From assembly GCA_050952645.1 (NCBI GenBank), contig JBMNLI010000017.1, positions 339,526 through 403,525 of the forward strand: a DNA stretch of 64,000 nt, given 5' to 3'. This document shows positions 30,152 to 40,801 of this stretch, piece after piece (positions within the stretch are counted from its first letter, which is position 1; each line of letters opens with the position of its first letter). The DNA comes from Bdellovibrionota bacterium (GTDB lineage Bacteria; Bdellovibrionota_C; UBA2361; CAKMMH01). Both the position numbers and the translations under genes were made by a program. Below the pieces are notes generated by a model that saw only the letters and a program-made list of their open reading frames with translations, was not told the origin of the DNA and made no database searches.

Positions 30152-31513
30152 TTATTCAATACGTGCGCACGGGCTAGAAATAGTCCAGCAATTCCATTTA
30201 TTCCCGATTTTACAACGCAATATAGATGGAGTTTTAAAAGAACGACAAGTCGAGCGTGCTCTCCAATGTTGTCTTTTAACGCCTCCCCAAGGGTTTGCAC
30301 CTTGTGAGCTACACCACATATCTTCAGATTTTGAATTATCGCTAGCTACAACTTGGCAAGTTGAAGCCTTGTTATAAATTGGAAGTATCGCTACCGAAAC
30401 GTGTCCATAGGCTTCGCCAACTCCTTTCCATAAAAAGCCATTTCCTTTGCCTCGATTAGTATCACATTGAACGGCTTTAGAATTAGTGCTAGTGCTAGTT
30501 TTAGCTAATTTAAACATTTCAGATTTTTTTACTAAATTGATATTTTTAGGTTTTATATTTCCAAAAACGTTTGAAACCGCATTAAATTGCACATTTTTCT
30601 TCGTAGTTATATTATAATTATAAAATTTACCTCTACTTTTGTAGTTAAAACCTAGGGCGTTGTTAGCATAAGAAGGAGTGATGCTATACATATTATCAGT
30701 TATTACTACGGCTCTAGGAAGATTATATCGTGCAGTGCCTTCTTTTAGGTTATTTATATTTTTTAAGAATATTACTTGAGTTTTATTATTTTTAGCAGCT
30801 TTTCTTACGAAACCTATCTCGTCTTTACCATCATTGTTTATATCTAAAGCTATAATGCTACCTTGGGTCGTGCTTTTACCGCCGAATCTAACGCCTCTAT
30901 ATTTAACGCTTGAATTTTTATCGACTACATCTATAAAGAACGGTTTTTTATTTAATTGTTTTTTAGCGACTATTTGCATTTCTCCATTGCCTAATACGTC
31001 TGCACAGATAATAGAGTTATAACCTTTTCTAGGAAGCCTAATTCTCGTATTTACATTGTTTATAGTATTTCTATACGTAACTCGATTTCTGTCTGTATTT
31101 ACGACTGCTAGTTCTGTTATTCCATCGCCATCAAAATCGCAACCCGTTAAAACGTATGCAACGCTATTTCCAAATATAGTATTCGTATGAGTATTATTAT
31201 AAAACCACTTTATCTTTTTCTTATCTATTTGAACGAATGCTTTATTTGAGCGAGGGTATCTATCGTTTTCCTCTTCGTACATAAACGTAGCGTTTATAGG
31301 TCGAGATACTTTTGCCGTCCCTATTAAATCTCTGCTTAGAGGGCCGTCTGTTGAAAAATTTGAAACTAAAACTTTTTTCCCTGAGTTAGCGTATAAGTAA
31401 AGCTCGGTATTTTTGCCATCAAAGTTTGGTGATACGTGCATTTCTAATACTGCAAAACTAGCATTTGCAATACAAAAGAATGCTAGCAAAAATAGTGTAA
31501 TTCGTTTTCTCAT
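30152..31513 (-). CDS. Secreted FG-GAP/VCBS-repeat protein with a Cys-rich C-terminal domain
   Basis: Signal peptide; DFDGDGITELAV, ADVLGNG and DINNDGKDEIG repeats. Confidence 0.75.
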   Translation of the reverse strand: MRKRITLFLLAFFCIANASFAVLEMHVSPNFDGKNTELYLYANSGKKVLVSNFSTDGPLSRDLIGTAKVSRPINATFMYEEENDRYPRSNKAFVQIDKKKIKWFYNNTHTNTIFGNSVAYVLTGCDFDGDGITELAVVNTDRNRVTYRNTINNVNTRIRLPRKGYNSIICADVLGNGEMQIVAKKQLNKKPFFIDVVDKNSSVKYRGVRFGGKSTTQGSIIALDINNDGKDEIGFVRKAAKNNKTQVIFLKNINNLKEGTARYNLPRAVVITDNMYSITPSYANNALGFNYKSRGKFYNYNITTKKNVQFNAVSNVFGNIKPKNINLVKKSEMFKLAKTSTSTNSKAVQCDTNRGKGNGFLWKGVGEAYGHVSVAILPIYNKASTCQVVASDNSKSEDMWCSSQGANPWGGVKRQHWRARSTCRSFKTPSILRCKIGNKWNCWTISSPCARIE

Positions 31514-31939
31514 AATAATTATCCTTATAAAATAAAAAAATTGAAATTAAATAAATTTTACTAAATAAATTTTTAAGCTTTAAAAATGTAAAAAAGATAT
31601 TCGATAAAAATCTTTTTAGGGAATATTTTTTAAAAGTTCTTTGTCGAATAACTTTAAGTTTCCTTAAGCTTAAAATTTTTTCTTTAGCGTCTAAGCTACA
31701 TTTCATATTTTACTTGCTATGGAGATAAAGGACAATAAGCTTTTTTTGTGTTAGTTTTATATTGTGTATAGAATAATTAAGAATTTTTACAAATTGATAA
31801 TTAAAGAATATAAAGTAAAAAAGGACTTTAAGTTTCAATATAGTTTTGCTTAAGCATTTCTATAGAAAATGATTGTTTGATATGATATTTTTAATTAAAA
31901 AATTGTTTTTTGCTTATTGCTTTAAATGGAAATATATTT

Positions 31940-34900
31940 ATGAATGAATTTGAAGAGTTAGAAGATAAAATATTAAAAATTATAGAAGAGCAACCAGGAA
32001 TTAAGGCTAGTGATATAGCCCTGAAGATAGGATATACTCGTAAAGATGTAAATTCTATCCTTTATGGGGTTCTTAAAAAACAATGTTATCAAGATTCTGC
32101 ATATAAGTGGTATTTAAATTCTCAAAGAGATATAAACAAGGTTGAAGAACCTACTATACCAGCAGATGAACGACTAGAGAATATATGCAAATATTATTTA
32201 AATTGTCTAAGCCTTGAAGAGCATAACGGTATCTCTGCATTTTTAAAATCTGAATCTTCCTTAGATTATTCTGAGCTTTCTTCAATGGCTATTGATAGTT
32301 CTGATAAAAATATTGAAGAACTAATTTGCAAAGTATCTAAAGATAGAAATTTATCTGCTTATATTGGATATCCAGTTGCAATAATAAAGATTTATGTGCA
32401 CGAAAAAAAAGAGAGTTATTTGCATGTAGTACCTGTATTTTTATTTCCTGTTGATATTGTAGCGGGTGCCGTCTCAGTTACTTTAATCCCACATGTAAAT
32501 ATGGAAATTATAAAGCAGTATTCCTCGCGAGATATAGACAGTCAAGTATACGACCTGATTGATTTAGAGAAAGAGCTTGGTTTAAATAATGCTGATACCG
32601 ATATTAGTCTAGATGAAATAGTAGCTCGCTTACAGTCGATTCGTGTTTGGCAATGGAAAGACAAATTAGATCCTTCAAATATAAGTAATGAGCCTCCGAT
32701 TAATACGATTACCGAAGAAGGAATTTACAATAAAGCCGTTTTTATTGTTGCACAAAGATCACCATACACGATAGGTCTAGAATCAGAATTATCTAAATTA
32801 GCTAAACTAGATAGAGCTTCTTATCGTGGAACGGCGTTGTATGATTGGTTAAACCATGATGCTATTTTAGATTCTAATAGTATAGCTTCTGATGAGACAG
32901 TGTCTGATAACGATCCATTGTTTGAAGTTTTACCAATGAACTTAGAACAGGAACAGGCTATTCGTCAAGCTATGAATAGTAAATTAACGGTAGTAACTGG
33001 GCCGCCAGGGACTGGTAAATCGCAAGTTGTCGTTAATCTCATTGCCAACGTATCTTTAGCTGGAAAAAGTGCCATATTTACGAGTAGGAATAATAAAGCT
33101 GTTGATGTAGTTGAGGCAAGGGTCAATTCGCTTAGTCGACGTCCTATCATGCTTCGTATTGGTGGAAATCGATATGGGTATCGTTTAGCTGAGTTAATAT
33201 CTGATTTACTTACGTGTTTAGCCGATCAAAATGATCAACAAGAACATGAAAGATATTATTTTCTTTATCAAAATAAATTGACCACGTATCAAAATTTAAA
33301 GAAGAAAAAGGAAAATACTATTGCTCTACGAAATCATGCTGATCGTATGGAGCAAAAGTTTTGTGAGTTGCGTAATGAGTGGGGAAAATGGTTTAATGTT
33401 ATTTCTAGTTTAGAAGCCGATGCTTTTGAATTAACCTTTAAAGAGTACTGCTCTGCTTACGATGAATGGAAAAAATCTAAAAATTCATTTTTTGGTAAGT
33501 TGTTCTGGTTTATAATTGGAAAGAGTAAAACGACTGAACTCGACACTAAACTTTCCCTACTTAATGAATACTTTGAAAAGTATGAGCAACAAATAGTGTC
33601 ATCTAGTAGCGTTTTGCTAGATTCTAAATCACATAAGAAAATTTATGATAGGGGACAGTATATCATATATTCCTTACAAACGCTTGGTGAATACAAGGAA
33701 TCACTTAACGATTTATTAAAAGCACCACAATTAGAAGATATTGACCGTGAACTTCTGGCAATAAAATCTGATTTAGCTAATATTGCTGGTAAACTATGGA
33801 ATAAATGGCTAATGACTCGTCCTTTGTGTATAGATGCATCCTGTCGCAGTGAAATGAATGAATATGTATCTGTAATGGACTTAATTGGAGATGTAGATCT
33901 TGCCGATTATCCAGATATAAAAAAGAAATTTTATCATCTTCAACGTAAGATGACCACCTTTTTACCTTGCTGGGCAGTAACATCTTTGTCTGCTAAAAGT
34001 AAAGTGCCGTTTAAACCAGGGATATTTGATTTAGTCGTTATTGATGAAGCAAGTCAGTGCGATATTGCATCTGCCCTTCCTATGCTATACCGAGCAAAAC
34101 GTGCCGTTATTATAGGCGACCCTAGACAACTAAGTCATATTAGCACAATTTCAAAAGTGCAAGATTTAAGTCTGCTTCAGAAATATAATGTAGATATGGG
34201 ATGGTCGTATTCTGCAAATTCGTTGTATATGATAGCAAGTAGTAGGTCTTCTCCAGAACAAATCGTTAAGCTTAGAGATCATCACAGGAGCTTTAGTGAT
34301 ATTATTGAGTTTTCAAATAAAGAATTTTATGAAGGGAAGTTACGTGTTGCAACTAATTATGATACGCTTAATCGCCCAAAAAATATTGAGCTTGGTATTC
34401 GATGGATAGATGTCGTAGGGCAGACTATTCGTCCACATAATGGAAGTGCATACAATGATTTAGAAGTAGCAAAAATAGTCGAGGAAATTGAGCGTTTAGT
34501 GATAGATGATGACTATAAAGGCACGATAGGTGTTGTCACGCCATTTAAAGCGCAGGCAGAAAAAATTGAGAGAGCCGTTAGTAAAAATCCAGAGCTAAGA
34601 AATGCTTTAATAAAAAACAATTTTCTTGTTGATACTGTTCATAAGTTTCAAGGCGATGAAAGAGATTTAATATTCTTTTCTCCAGTGATTTCTGAAGGAA
34701 TGAACCAAGGTGCGTTAGCTTTCTTAAAAAACACTGGAAATCTCTTTAATGTTGCTATTACTAGAGCCCGAGCAGTTTTGGTTGTAGTTGGTAATTTTTA
34801 TTTTTGTGCAAAATGTGGTATCCCATATATGGAGCGTTTTGTAGCCCACGTTAATGAGATTAAATCACGTGAAGTGCATGAACAGATAGCTATCAATAAT

Positions 34901-35260
34901 CAATATCTTTCTGAACGAAAGTATCCACAAGTAGCAAATCCTGAACAAGTTTCAGATTGGGAACGTCTTTTTTATACAGCTTTATTCGATCAAGGTATTC
35001 AGACTATTCCTCAGTATCCTGTAGATAAATATAAGTTAGATTTTGCAATTATTAAAGAAGACCGAATGCTTGATATTGAAATTGATGGTGAAATGTATCA
35101 TAGGGACTGGAATGGAGAGTTGAGCTACAGGGATCAGCTTCGCAATCAGCGATTATTTGAGCTCGGTTGGGATGTAAGGCGATTTTGGGTATATCAAATC
35201 CGTGATGATTTACAAAGTTGTGTTGAACAGGTTAGAGAGTGGTGCGATATGGTGCAATAA
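31940..35260 (+). CDS. SF1 (UPF1/DNA2-like) helicase with an N-terminal winged helix and a C-terminal DUF559/Vsr-like nuclease
   Basis: GPPGTGKS, IDEASQ, GDPRQL, TVHKFQGDE, NVAITRAR; C-terminal LDFAI..DIEIDG..YH...GWDVRRFW. ATG 31940 preferred over TTG 31910. Confidence 0.9.
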   Translation: MNEFEELEDKILKIIEEQPGIKASDIALKIGYTRKDVNSILYGVLKKQCYQDSAYKWYLNSQRDINKVEEPTIPADERLENICKYYLNCLSLEEHNGISAFLKSESSLDYSELSSMAIDSSDKNIEELICKVSKDRNLSAYIGYPVAIIKIYVHEKKESYLHVVPVFLFPVDIVAGAVSVTLIPHVNMEIIKQYSSRDIDSQVYDLIDLEKELGLNNADTDISLDEIVARLQSIRVWQWKDKLDPSNISNEPPINTITEEGIYNKAVFIVAQRSPYTIGLESELSKLAKLDRASYRGTALYDWLNHDAILDSNSIASDETVSDNDPLFEVLPMNLEQEQAIRQAMNSKLTVVTGPPGTGKSQVVVNLIANVSLAGKSAIFTSRNNKAVDVVEARVNSLSRRPIMLRIGGNRYGYRLAELISDLLTCLADQNDQQEHERYYFLYQNKLTTYQNLKKKKENTIALRNHADRMEQKFCELRNEWGKWFNVISSLEADAFELTFKEYCSAYDEWKKSKNSFFGKLFWFIIGKSKTTELDTKLSLLNEYFEKYEQQIVSSSSVLLDSKSHKKIYDRGQYIIYSLQTLGEYKESLNDLLKAPQLEDIDRELLAIKSDLANIAGKLWNKWLMTRPLCIDASCRSEMNEYVSVMDLIGDVDLADYPDIKKKFYHLQRKMTTFLPCWAVTSLSAKSKVPFKPGIFDLVVIDEASQCDIASALPMLYRAKRAVIIGDPRQLSHISTISKVQDLSLLQKYNVDMGWSYSANSLYMIASSRSSPEQIVKLRDHHRSFSDIIEFSNKEFYEGKLRVATNYDTLNRPKNIELGIRWIDVVGQTIRPHNGSAYNDLEVAKIVEEIERLVIDDDYKGTIGVVTPFKAQAEKIERAVSKNPELRNALIKNNFLVDTVHKFQGDERDLIFFSPVISEGMNQGALAFLKNTGNLFNVAITRARAVLVVVGNFYFCAKCGIPYMERFVAHVNEIKSREVHEQIAINNQYLSERKYPQVANPEQVSDWERLFYTALFDQGIQTIPQYPVDKYKLDFAIIKEDRMLDIEIDGEMYHRDWNGELSYRDQLRNQRLFELGWDVRRFWVYQIRDDLQSCVEQVREWCDMVQ

Positions 35261-35417
35261 TAGGTAGATATGGCTTTGTCATATCGATTATATTGTGATT
35301 ATATTAAGATACTAAAACGTCCTAAGATAAAATGAGATTAACTAATAATAAAAAAGAAAACATCTGTTTTTTTTAAGTTAGTTTAAAACCTAGATTGCTT
35401 CGATGATTATTTAGTTT

Positions 35418-35848
35418 TGGTGGAGATGAGGGGATTCGAACCCCCGTCCAGAAAAGTTTCGCACTATAGCTTTCTACAACGTTTAGTTTTCGTCAAGTTT
35501 TTTAGTTGCCTAAAAAGTTTTTCATTTTCCTATTTTCCGAAAACTAAAAATAGAAAAATTAACTTTGCTAAATTTTCACTTATAAAACGCAAAGTCGATT
35601 TTATAAGCTAGCTTCGCTAAATTATAAGCCAATATAAAAACGCGAAAGCTTTAAGATTTTTATATCAGCCGCCCTAGTGAAATTTCAGTAAGGCTAATTA
35701 AAAAAGCGCCCACATTAAGCAGCAAGTGCTTTAGGAGCAAAGTCTTTTTTATTTGCATTTAATTTTTTACGGCTTTTTTACTAGGCCAACCGTCCCTAGA
35801 CGTGCTTACTATAGACTATTTCAATTCTGTCGAAACCAAAGCATCCCC
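35418..35848 (-). ncRNA. ssrA: tmRNA; tag peptide (A)ANKKDFAPKALAA encoded at 35715-35756
   Basis: 5' GGGGATGCTTTGGTTTCGAC; 3' GGGTTCGAATCCCCTCATCTCCACCA; tag ends in ALAA. Confidence 0.95.
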
Positions 35849-36027
35849 ATGCTTTTTATATAATACTACAAAAAAATTTATATACAAAACTTATATACAA
35901 AATTTTATATTAAAATCTTAATGGTTAGAATATCGTACAATTATGATGCAAAAGTCAAGCAAAAAGTTAGGTTGTCCTTATTATTTTTTTTATATAAAAT
36001 TTTGTTAATAAAAACAAAGGAGAGCTT

Positions 36028-36564
36028 ATGGATTTTTTAGTTAGCGAAAAAGATAAAGTTAAACTTATAAAGAAACTTTTAGACGATAATGAATGCGTTC
36101 TAATTTTTTTAAATACTAGTAATAAAAAATTAGAAATCCCAGATTATTTAAAAGATGCCCCCTCAACTACTTTACAAATAAGCTTGCTTTTCCAAGGAAA
36201 TATGTTCTTGTTAGATGAAGGTATAAAGGTAAGTTTGATTTTTGAAAGTGATTACGAAGAATGCTTTATTCCTTGGAGCGCTATATGGGGAGCTAAAGGA
36301 GAAGAAGATAGTAATACTAATTTATGGCTCGAAAGTATGCCTAAGGAAATAAAAGATACAATCTTAGAACTTGGAACTGAAATTAAGGAAATCTTAAGCG
36401 TAAACGATAATAATGAAAGTTATAAAGAAAACAAAGAAGAAAATAACAAAGAAAATAACAAAGAAGATAAAAAAGAAAACAAAGAAGAAAACAAAGCACA
36501 AACTAAAAAGAAAAAATTTTCTAAAAAAGCCACTAAGTATTCTGGTTTTTCAATAATTAAATAA
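36028..36564 (+). CDS. sspB: ClpXP adaptor SspB-like protein
   Basis: IPDYLK...LQISLLF...GIKVSLIF...CFIPWSAIWG pattern; charged disordered tail. Confidence 0.75.
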   Translation: MDFLVSEKDKVKLIKKLLDDNECVLIFLNTSNKKLEIPDYLKDAPSTTLQISLLFQGNMFLLDEGIKVSLIFESDYEECFIPWSAIWGAKGEEDSNTNLWLESMPKEIKDTILELGTEIKEILSVNDNNESYKENKEENNKENNKEDKKENKEENKAQTKKKKFSKKATKYSGFSIIK

Positions 36565-36583
36565 ATTTTAAAATACTAGTTTT

Positions 36584-37204
36584 ATGCATAAAATTTTAGA
36601 TAATGAAAATACAAAAAAACGTTGCTCTTGGGTAAATTTAAATAATAAAGATTACGTTAAATACCACGACGAAGAATGGGGCGTCCCCGTGCACGATGAT
36701 AGGCTTTTGTTTGAAACACTTTCTTTAGAATGTTTCGTTTCAGGCTTGTCTTGGGAATGCGTCTTAAACAAAAGAAAGGCTTTTAAAGTGGCATTTGATA
36801 ACTTCGATGCTTTAAAAGTATCAAAATACGATGAGAAAAAAATCAAAGAACTAGTAGAAAATAAGTTAATTATCCGCCACGCAGGAAAGATAAAAGCAAC
36901 CATAAACAATGCACAAGTTTTTTTAGATGTAGCTAAAGAATATAAAAGTTTTAATAATTACATTTGGCATTTTACTAATGGTAAAACCATTGTAGCAAAT
37001 GGCATAGAAACCACTTCTAGCCTTTCAGATGCGATTTCAAAAGATCTTAAAAAAAGAGGTATGAAGTTCGTAGGTTCTACTACAGTCTACTCGTTTCTTG
37101 CAGCCATTGGGGTTATAAACGCACACCAAAAAGATTGCTTCCTTAAGCTAGAGGGCTTCGCTGTAACAAAAACAAAAAAGTCAATACTAAAAGATAAAAA
37201 ATAG
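36584..37204 (+). CDS. tag: DNA-3-methyladenine glycosylase I
   Basis: RCSW, YHDEEWGVP, GLSW, MKFVGST and H..DCF. Confidence 0.95.
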   Translation: MHKILDNENTKKRCSWVNLNNKDYVKYHDEEWGVPVHDDRLLFETLSLECFVSGLSWECVLNKRKAFKVAFDNFDALKVSKYDEKKIKELVENKLIIRHAGKIKATINNAQVFLDVAKEYKSFNNYIWHFTNGKTIVANGIETTSSLSDAISKDLKKRGMKFVGSTTVYSFLAAIGVINAHQKDCFLKLEGFAVTKTKKSILKDKK

Positions 37205-37318
37205 TCTAATAAATACAAATAGTTAAAAAATAAACAAACTTTGTTTGAAATAAATCTTTAAAAGTCTTGATTAGTCTTTTACAAAACGCAAATGGGATGA
37301 AAAAAGTAAAAGGGGAAA

Positions 37319-37660
37319 ATGAAAATGGCTTTAAAAGATTTATCAACATTAAGAAACACATTTAGTGAAGACAACATTGAAATAGAAAATCAAGAAGTTG
37401 AGGTAGGTGGAACGTATCCAATTTACGGAATGATAACTAAATTTTTAGATCAAAAAGATGATTGCTTAGAAGTTGAAATTAATTTTTCTATCAAAGCACA
37501 AATGGTAGTTCCAGATAGCGATAATGTAGAGATTTTAAAGAAACGCTCTTTTGAGCCAGGGATTTTTATCTCTGAGGTTTTATCGAAAGAACAAAGCGGT
37601 ATACAAGTAAAATGCAATACCGTAGTTTTTGGAAAACAAGAAGAGCATGAAATAAATTAA
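37319..37660 (+). CDS. Hypothetical protein
   Basis: ORF with SD and host-like codon usage; no family recognised. Confidence 0.7.
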   Translation: MKMALKDLSTLRNTFSEDNIEIENQEVEVGGTYPIYGMITKFLDQKDDCLEVEINFSIKAQMVVPDSDNVEILKKRSFEPGIFISEVLSKEQSGIQVKCNTVVFGKQEEHEIN

Positions 37661-37896
37661 GATTTTAAAATAAAAAGTTATTAAAATAAAAAGTTGTCCG
37701 TCCCCACTCGCAAATAGGAAAACTTTTGAAAGTAAAAATAAAAAAAACTCCCTACTTTAAGTAAAAAGGATAAATAAAAGGATAAATAGTAAGAAAGCAC
37801 TTTCATATAAAGATAGTGCTTTTTTGTTGTTTATTCTATTTATATATTTTTATGCTTTTAAAGTTTTAAAGTTTTACACTTTTATATTTTTATGTT

Positions 37897-38934
37897 TTAT
37901 ACTTTTAAGTTTTTAATCACAACCATATAAGGGGTAAATCCTCCTTGATATACTCGCCCTTTTTCTATAATTTTTAAATTACAAGATTTTATTGCTAGCT
38001 CTAAATTTTTTATATCTTGCGTAATAACGCCAATGTTCCCGTTTTTTACTACTACTCTAGAGAGTTCTTTTAAAACATCTTCGTATAATTTAAAGTTGTC
38101 TTTAATATTTCCTATATTTTCTCCCCAAGGAAGATCTGAAAGTGCTATATCGAACTCGCTGTCCGAAAAATTTAATTTTCTAGCATCCATATTATAAACT
38201 TCAATATTTTTTAACTTTGAATTTAAAATATGAGCATCGCAAATTTTTAACACTTCCTCGTTATTATCCACACCTACAATTTTGCTAAGTTTATTTCTGT
38301 TTCCTGCTTCTATTAAAATAGTTCCCGAGCCGCACATTGCATTTAGTAATTTATCGCCTTTTTTAGGTTTAATTAAATCGTATAAAACATTTGCTATTAT
38401 AGGGTTTAAAGCCCCACGAAAATTTTTAGTTCGCCAAGACCTATAACTTAGCGGTCTAGAAGAAACTCTGATTAAAACTTCCCAAGCCAAAAAATTTTTA
38501 TTAGGGGTTCTTCTAAATCTTATAAGCATATCGCCGTTTTGATTGTCGCACGTAAGCCCTGTAAAGTGAGTGATTTTTTCTGCGATAGTTTTAAAAGTTT
38601 CGGAAGCACTCCCAGCTGCACTTATTCTGAAACTAGAGGGTTTAAAATCTAAAGAGTTTTCCGAAGCCTTTTGAATATGCAAACAAATATCTGATAGATA
38701 TTTTATATTTAGCAAACTCCCTGGGCCTTTCACTTTGTAGCATAATAAGTAATATATATTAACGATTTTTTTTAAGGTTTTTAATTTACCATAATCTTCA
38801 TTAGCACTAAAAATAATAAGCTCATCATCGTTAGTATCGAAAATTTGAGTATTTTTGCCAAGTTTTAATATCTCGGCTTGTGCAAAATCTTTAGTGCCTT
38901 TTAAGCAATCACAAGCAAATAGCAAAGTATTCAT
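37897..38934 (-). CDS. THUMP-type RNA methyltransferase (UPF0020-like)
   Basis: RPLSYRSWR...GALNP, MCGSGTILIE and SDLPWG. Confidence 0.85.
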   Translation of the reverse strand: MNTLLFACDCLKGTKDFAQAEILKLGKNTQIFDTNDDELIIFSANEDYGKLKTLKKIVNIYYLLCYKVKGPGSLLNIKYLSDICLHIQKASENSLDFKPSSFRISAAGSASETFKTIAEKITHFTGLTCDNQNGDMLIRFRRTPNKNFLAWEVLIRVSSRPLSYRSWRTKNFRGALNPIIANVLYDLIKPKKGDKLLNAMCGSGTILIEAGNRNKLSKIVGVDNNEEVLKICDAHILNSKLKNIEVYNMDARKLNFSDSEFDIALSDLPWGENIGNIKDNFKLYEDVLKELSRVVVKNGNIGVITQDIKNLELAIKSCNLKIIEKGRVYQGGFTPYMVVIKNLKV

Positions 38935-39118
38935 CAGTTTTTTAAACTCCTAATTATTTTTTTTATCTTTAATCTTTGTTTTTTTATCTTTGTTTTTATC
39001 TTTCGTTTTTTATTTTACGTTTTACTATCTTACCATATTATAAATATTAGATTATAATGGCTAGTTATAAGTGATTATAATTATGCATAATATATAAAAT
39101 ATTAAGGGAAAAATCATT

Positions 39119-40582
39119 ATGACACAAATACCAGAATATCAATTTGACCTTCCAACTATTTCAGGTTATGAAAAAGAAGTAGAAGAAGTGATTTTACAAA
39201 ATAAAGATAGGAATTTTTATTTAGAAAGCTCGCCTTATGATTTTTCTAAAATTAGAGGAGTAGCAAGCATTGCGCTTCATTGTCATCAACCACTTATTCC
39301 TGCGGGAGGAGGGGATAATTTAGAGACTGCAAGTTTTATAAGTAATTTAAAATATATGATGGACAATCAAGGGATTGGAGATAATCACAACGCGCCAGTG
39401 TTCCTTTGGTGTTATAAGCGTATCGGAGAGTTTATCCCCGAGCTTTCAGCTGAGGGAAAAGAGCCAAGATGTATGCTCGAGTATACAGGGGAGCTTTTAT
39501 ATGGGCTTCGTAATATGGGTGCCCACGATGTGATAGACTCGCTTAAATCCATAACTTGCGATAGCCGTTATAATCGCTATATCGAGTGGTTAGGTTGCCC
39601 TTGGGGACATGCAGTAGCCCCTTCGACGCCAATGCAAGACTTTAAGCTCCATGTGAAAGCTTGGCAACAATATTTTGCTTCAATCTTCGGGTTAGAAGCA
39701 CTAGCTAGAGTTAGAGGGTTTTCTCCATCTGAGATGGCTCTTCCAAATCATCCAGACACCGCCTATGAATACGTAAAAGTTCTAAAAGAGTGTGGTTTTA
39801 AGTGGTTACTAGTTCAAGAGCACACGATTGAGCTATTAAATGGAGAGGGCGTTAAGTTAAAGCATATTCCGCATAGACTAGTTTGTAAAAATTCTGATGG
39901 TAAAGAAGAAAGTATAGTAGTCTTAATAAAGACGCAAGGAAGCGACACTAAGCTTGTAGCTCAAATGCAGCCGTTTTACGAGGCTCAAAGTTTTGAACGT
40001 TTAGATTTCGCTAGGAAAAACATTCCTATGTGCGCAACGCAAATAGCCGACGGTGAAAATGGGGGAGTTATGATGAACGAGTTCCCACCTAAGTTTAAAG
40101 AGGTTTCTAGGCAGCTTACTAGAGATTCCGATGTAGTGCTTATGAATGGAAGTGAATATTTAGAGCATTTTTTTAACACAGGGATTAAGGAAGAAGATTT
40201 GCCAGCCGTGCAGCCTATGCATCAAAAAAAGCTTTGGGATAATTTTAATGTAGGAGATGGTAGAGAGAAATTAGAAAGCGTTATAAGTGAGATTTCAAGG
40301 CATGATCATTTATTTAATATGGAAGGGGGAAGTTGGACTAACGACATTTCATGGGTTAGAGGATATGAAAATGTTTTAGGTCCAATGGAGAAAGTGAGCG
40401 TGTTATTTAATGAAAAAATTATAAATAATAATATTCCTACGAGAGATGAAAGATTTGCAAACGCTTTGTTTTTACTAATGTGCTCCCAAACTAGTTGTTT
40501 TAGATATTGGGGACAAGGCACTTGGACCGATTACGCTAGAGAGATTTGTAGGCGTGGCGAGGCGTATTTAAATGGGATTTAA
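39119..40582 (+). CDS. Glycoside hydrolase family 57 protein
   Basis: ALHCHQP, GFSPSEMALP, IADGENGGVMMNEFP and TSCFRYWG. Confidence 0.85.
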   Translation: MTQIPEYQFDLPTISGYEKEVEEVILQNKDRNFYLESSPYDFSKIRGVASIALHCHQPLIPAGGGDNLETASFISNLKYMMDNQGIGDNHNAPVFLWCYKRIGEFIPELSAEGKEPRCMLEYTGELLYGLRNMGAHDVIDSLKSITCDSRYNRYIEWLGCPWGHAVAPSTPMQDFKLHVKAWQQYFASIFGLEALARVRGFSPSEMALPNHPDTAYEYVKVLKECGFKWLLVQEHTIELLNGEGVKLKHIPHRLVCKNSDGKEESIVVLIKTQGSDTKLVAQMQPFYEAQSFERLDFARKNIPMCATQIADGENGGVMMNEFPPKFKEVSRQLTRDSDVVLMNGSEYLEHFFNTGIKEEDLPAVQPMHQKKLWDNFNVGDGREKLESVISEISRHDHLFNMEGGSWTNDISWVRGYENVLGPMEKVSVLFNEKIINNNIPTRDERFANALFLLMCSQTSCFRYWGQGTWTDYAREICRRGEAYLNGI

Positions 40583-40591
40583 CTTAAGCGT

Positions 40592-40743
40592 TCCTTGGTT
40601 TTACGTATAAAATTTAATTTTAACTTTATAATCTACTCAAAATAATTTAAAAAATTAAGAAACACTCACATAAATTATCAAAAATAGCGGACGTAAAACA
40701 AGGAGAAGTTTGGGTTAGAGAGTGCGTATTTACGTATGCTATT
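40592..40743. repeat. Repeat family B copy with terminal inverted repeats, between convergent genes
   Basis: TCCTTGGTTTTACGT (40592) / ACGTAAAACAAGGA (40691-40704), plus an extra reversed core at 40724-40743. Confidence 0.7.
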
Positions 40744-40801
40744 TTAATAAACTATATGATTTAATAAATTTTTGATTTAATAATTTATATTAAGTGTTTT
40801 T

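Noticed and set aside
31718..31735. att duplication of the tmRNA 3' end (TGGAGAT) left of the helicase
   Set aside because: The match is only 7 bp, expected by chance, and there is no integrase.
35417..35611. ORF MVEMRGFEPPS...
   Set aside because: It is the antisense shadow of the tmRNA 3' end.
38264..38272. DnaA box TTATCCACA
   Set aside because: It is a single copy inside a coding sequence, with no cluster.
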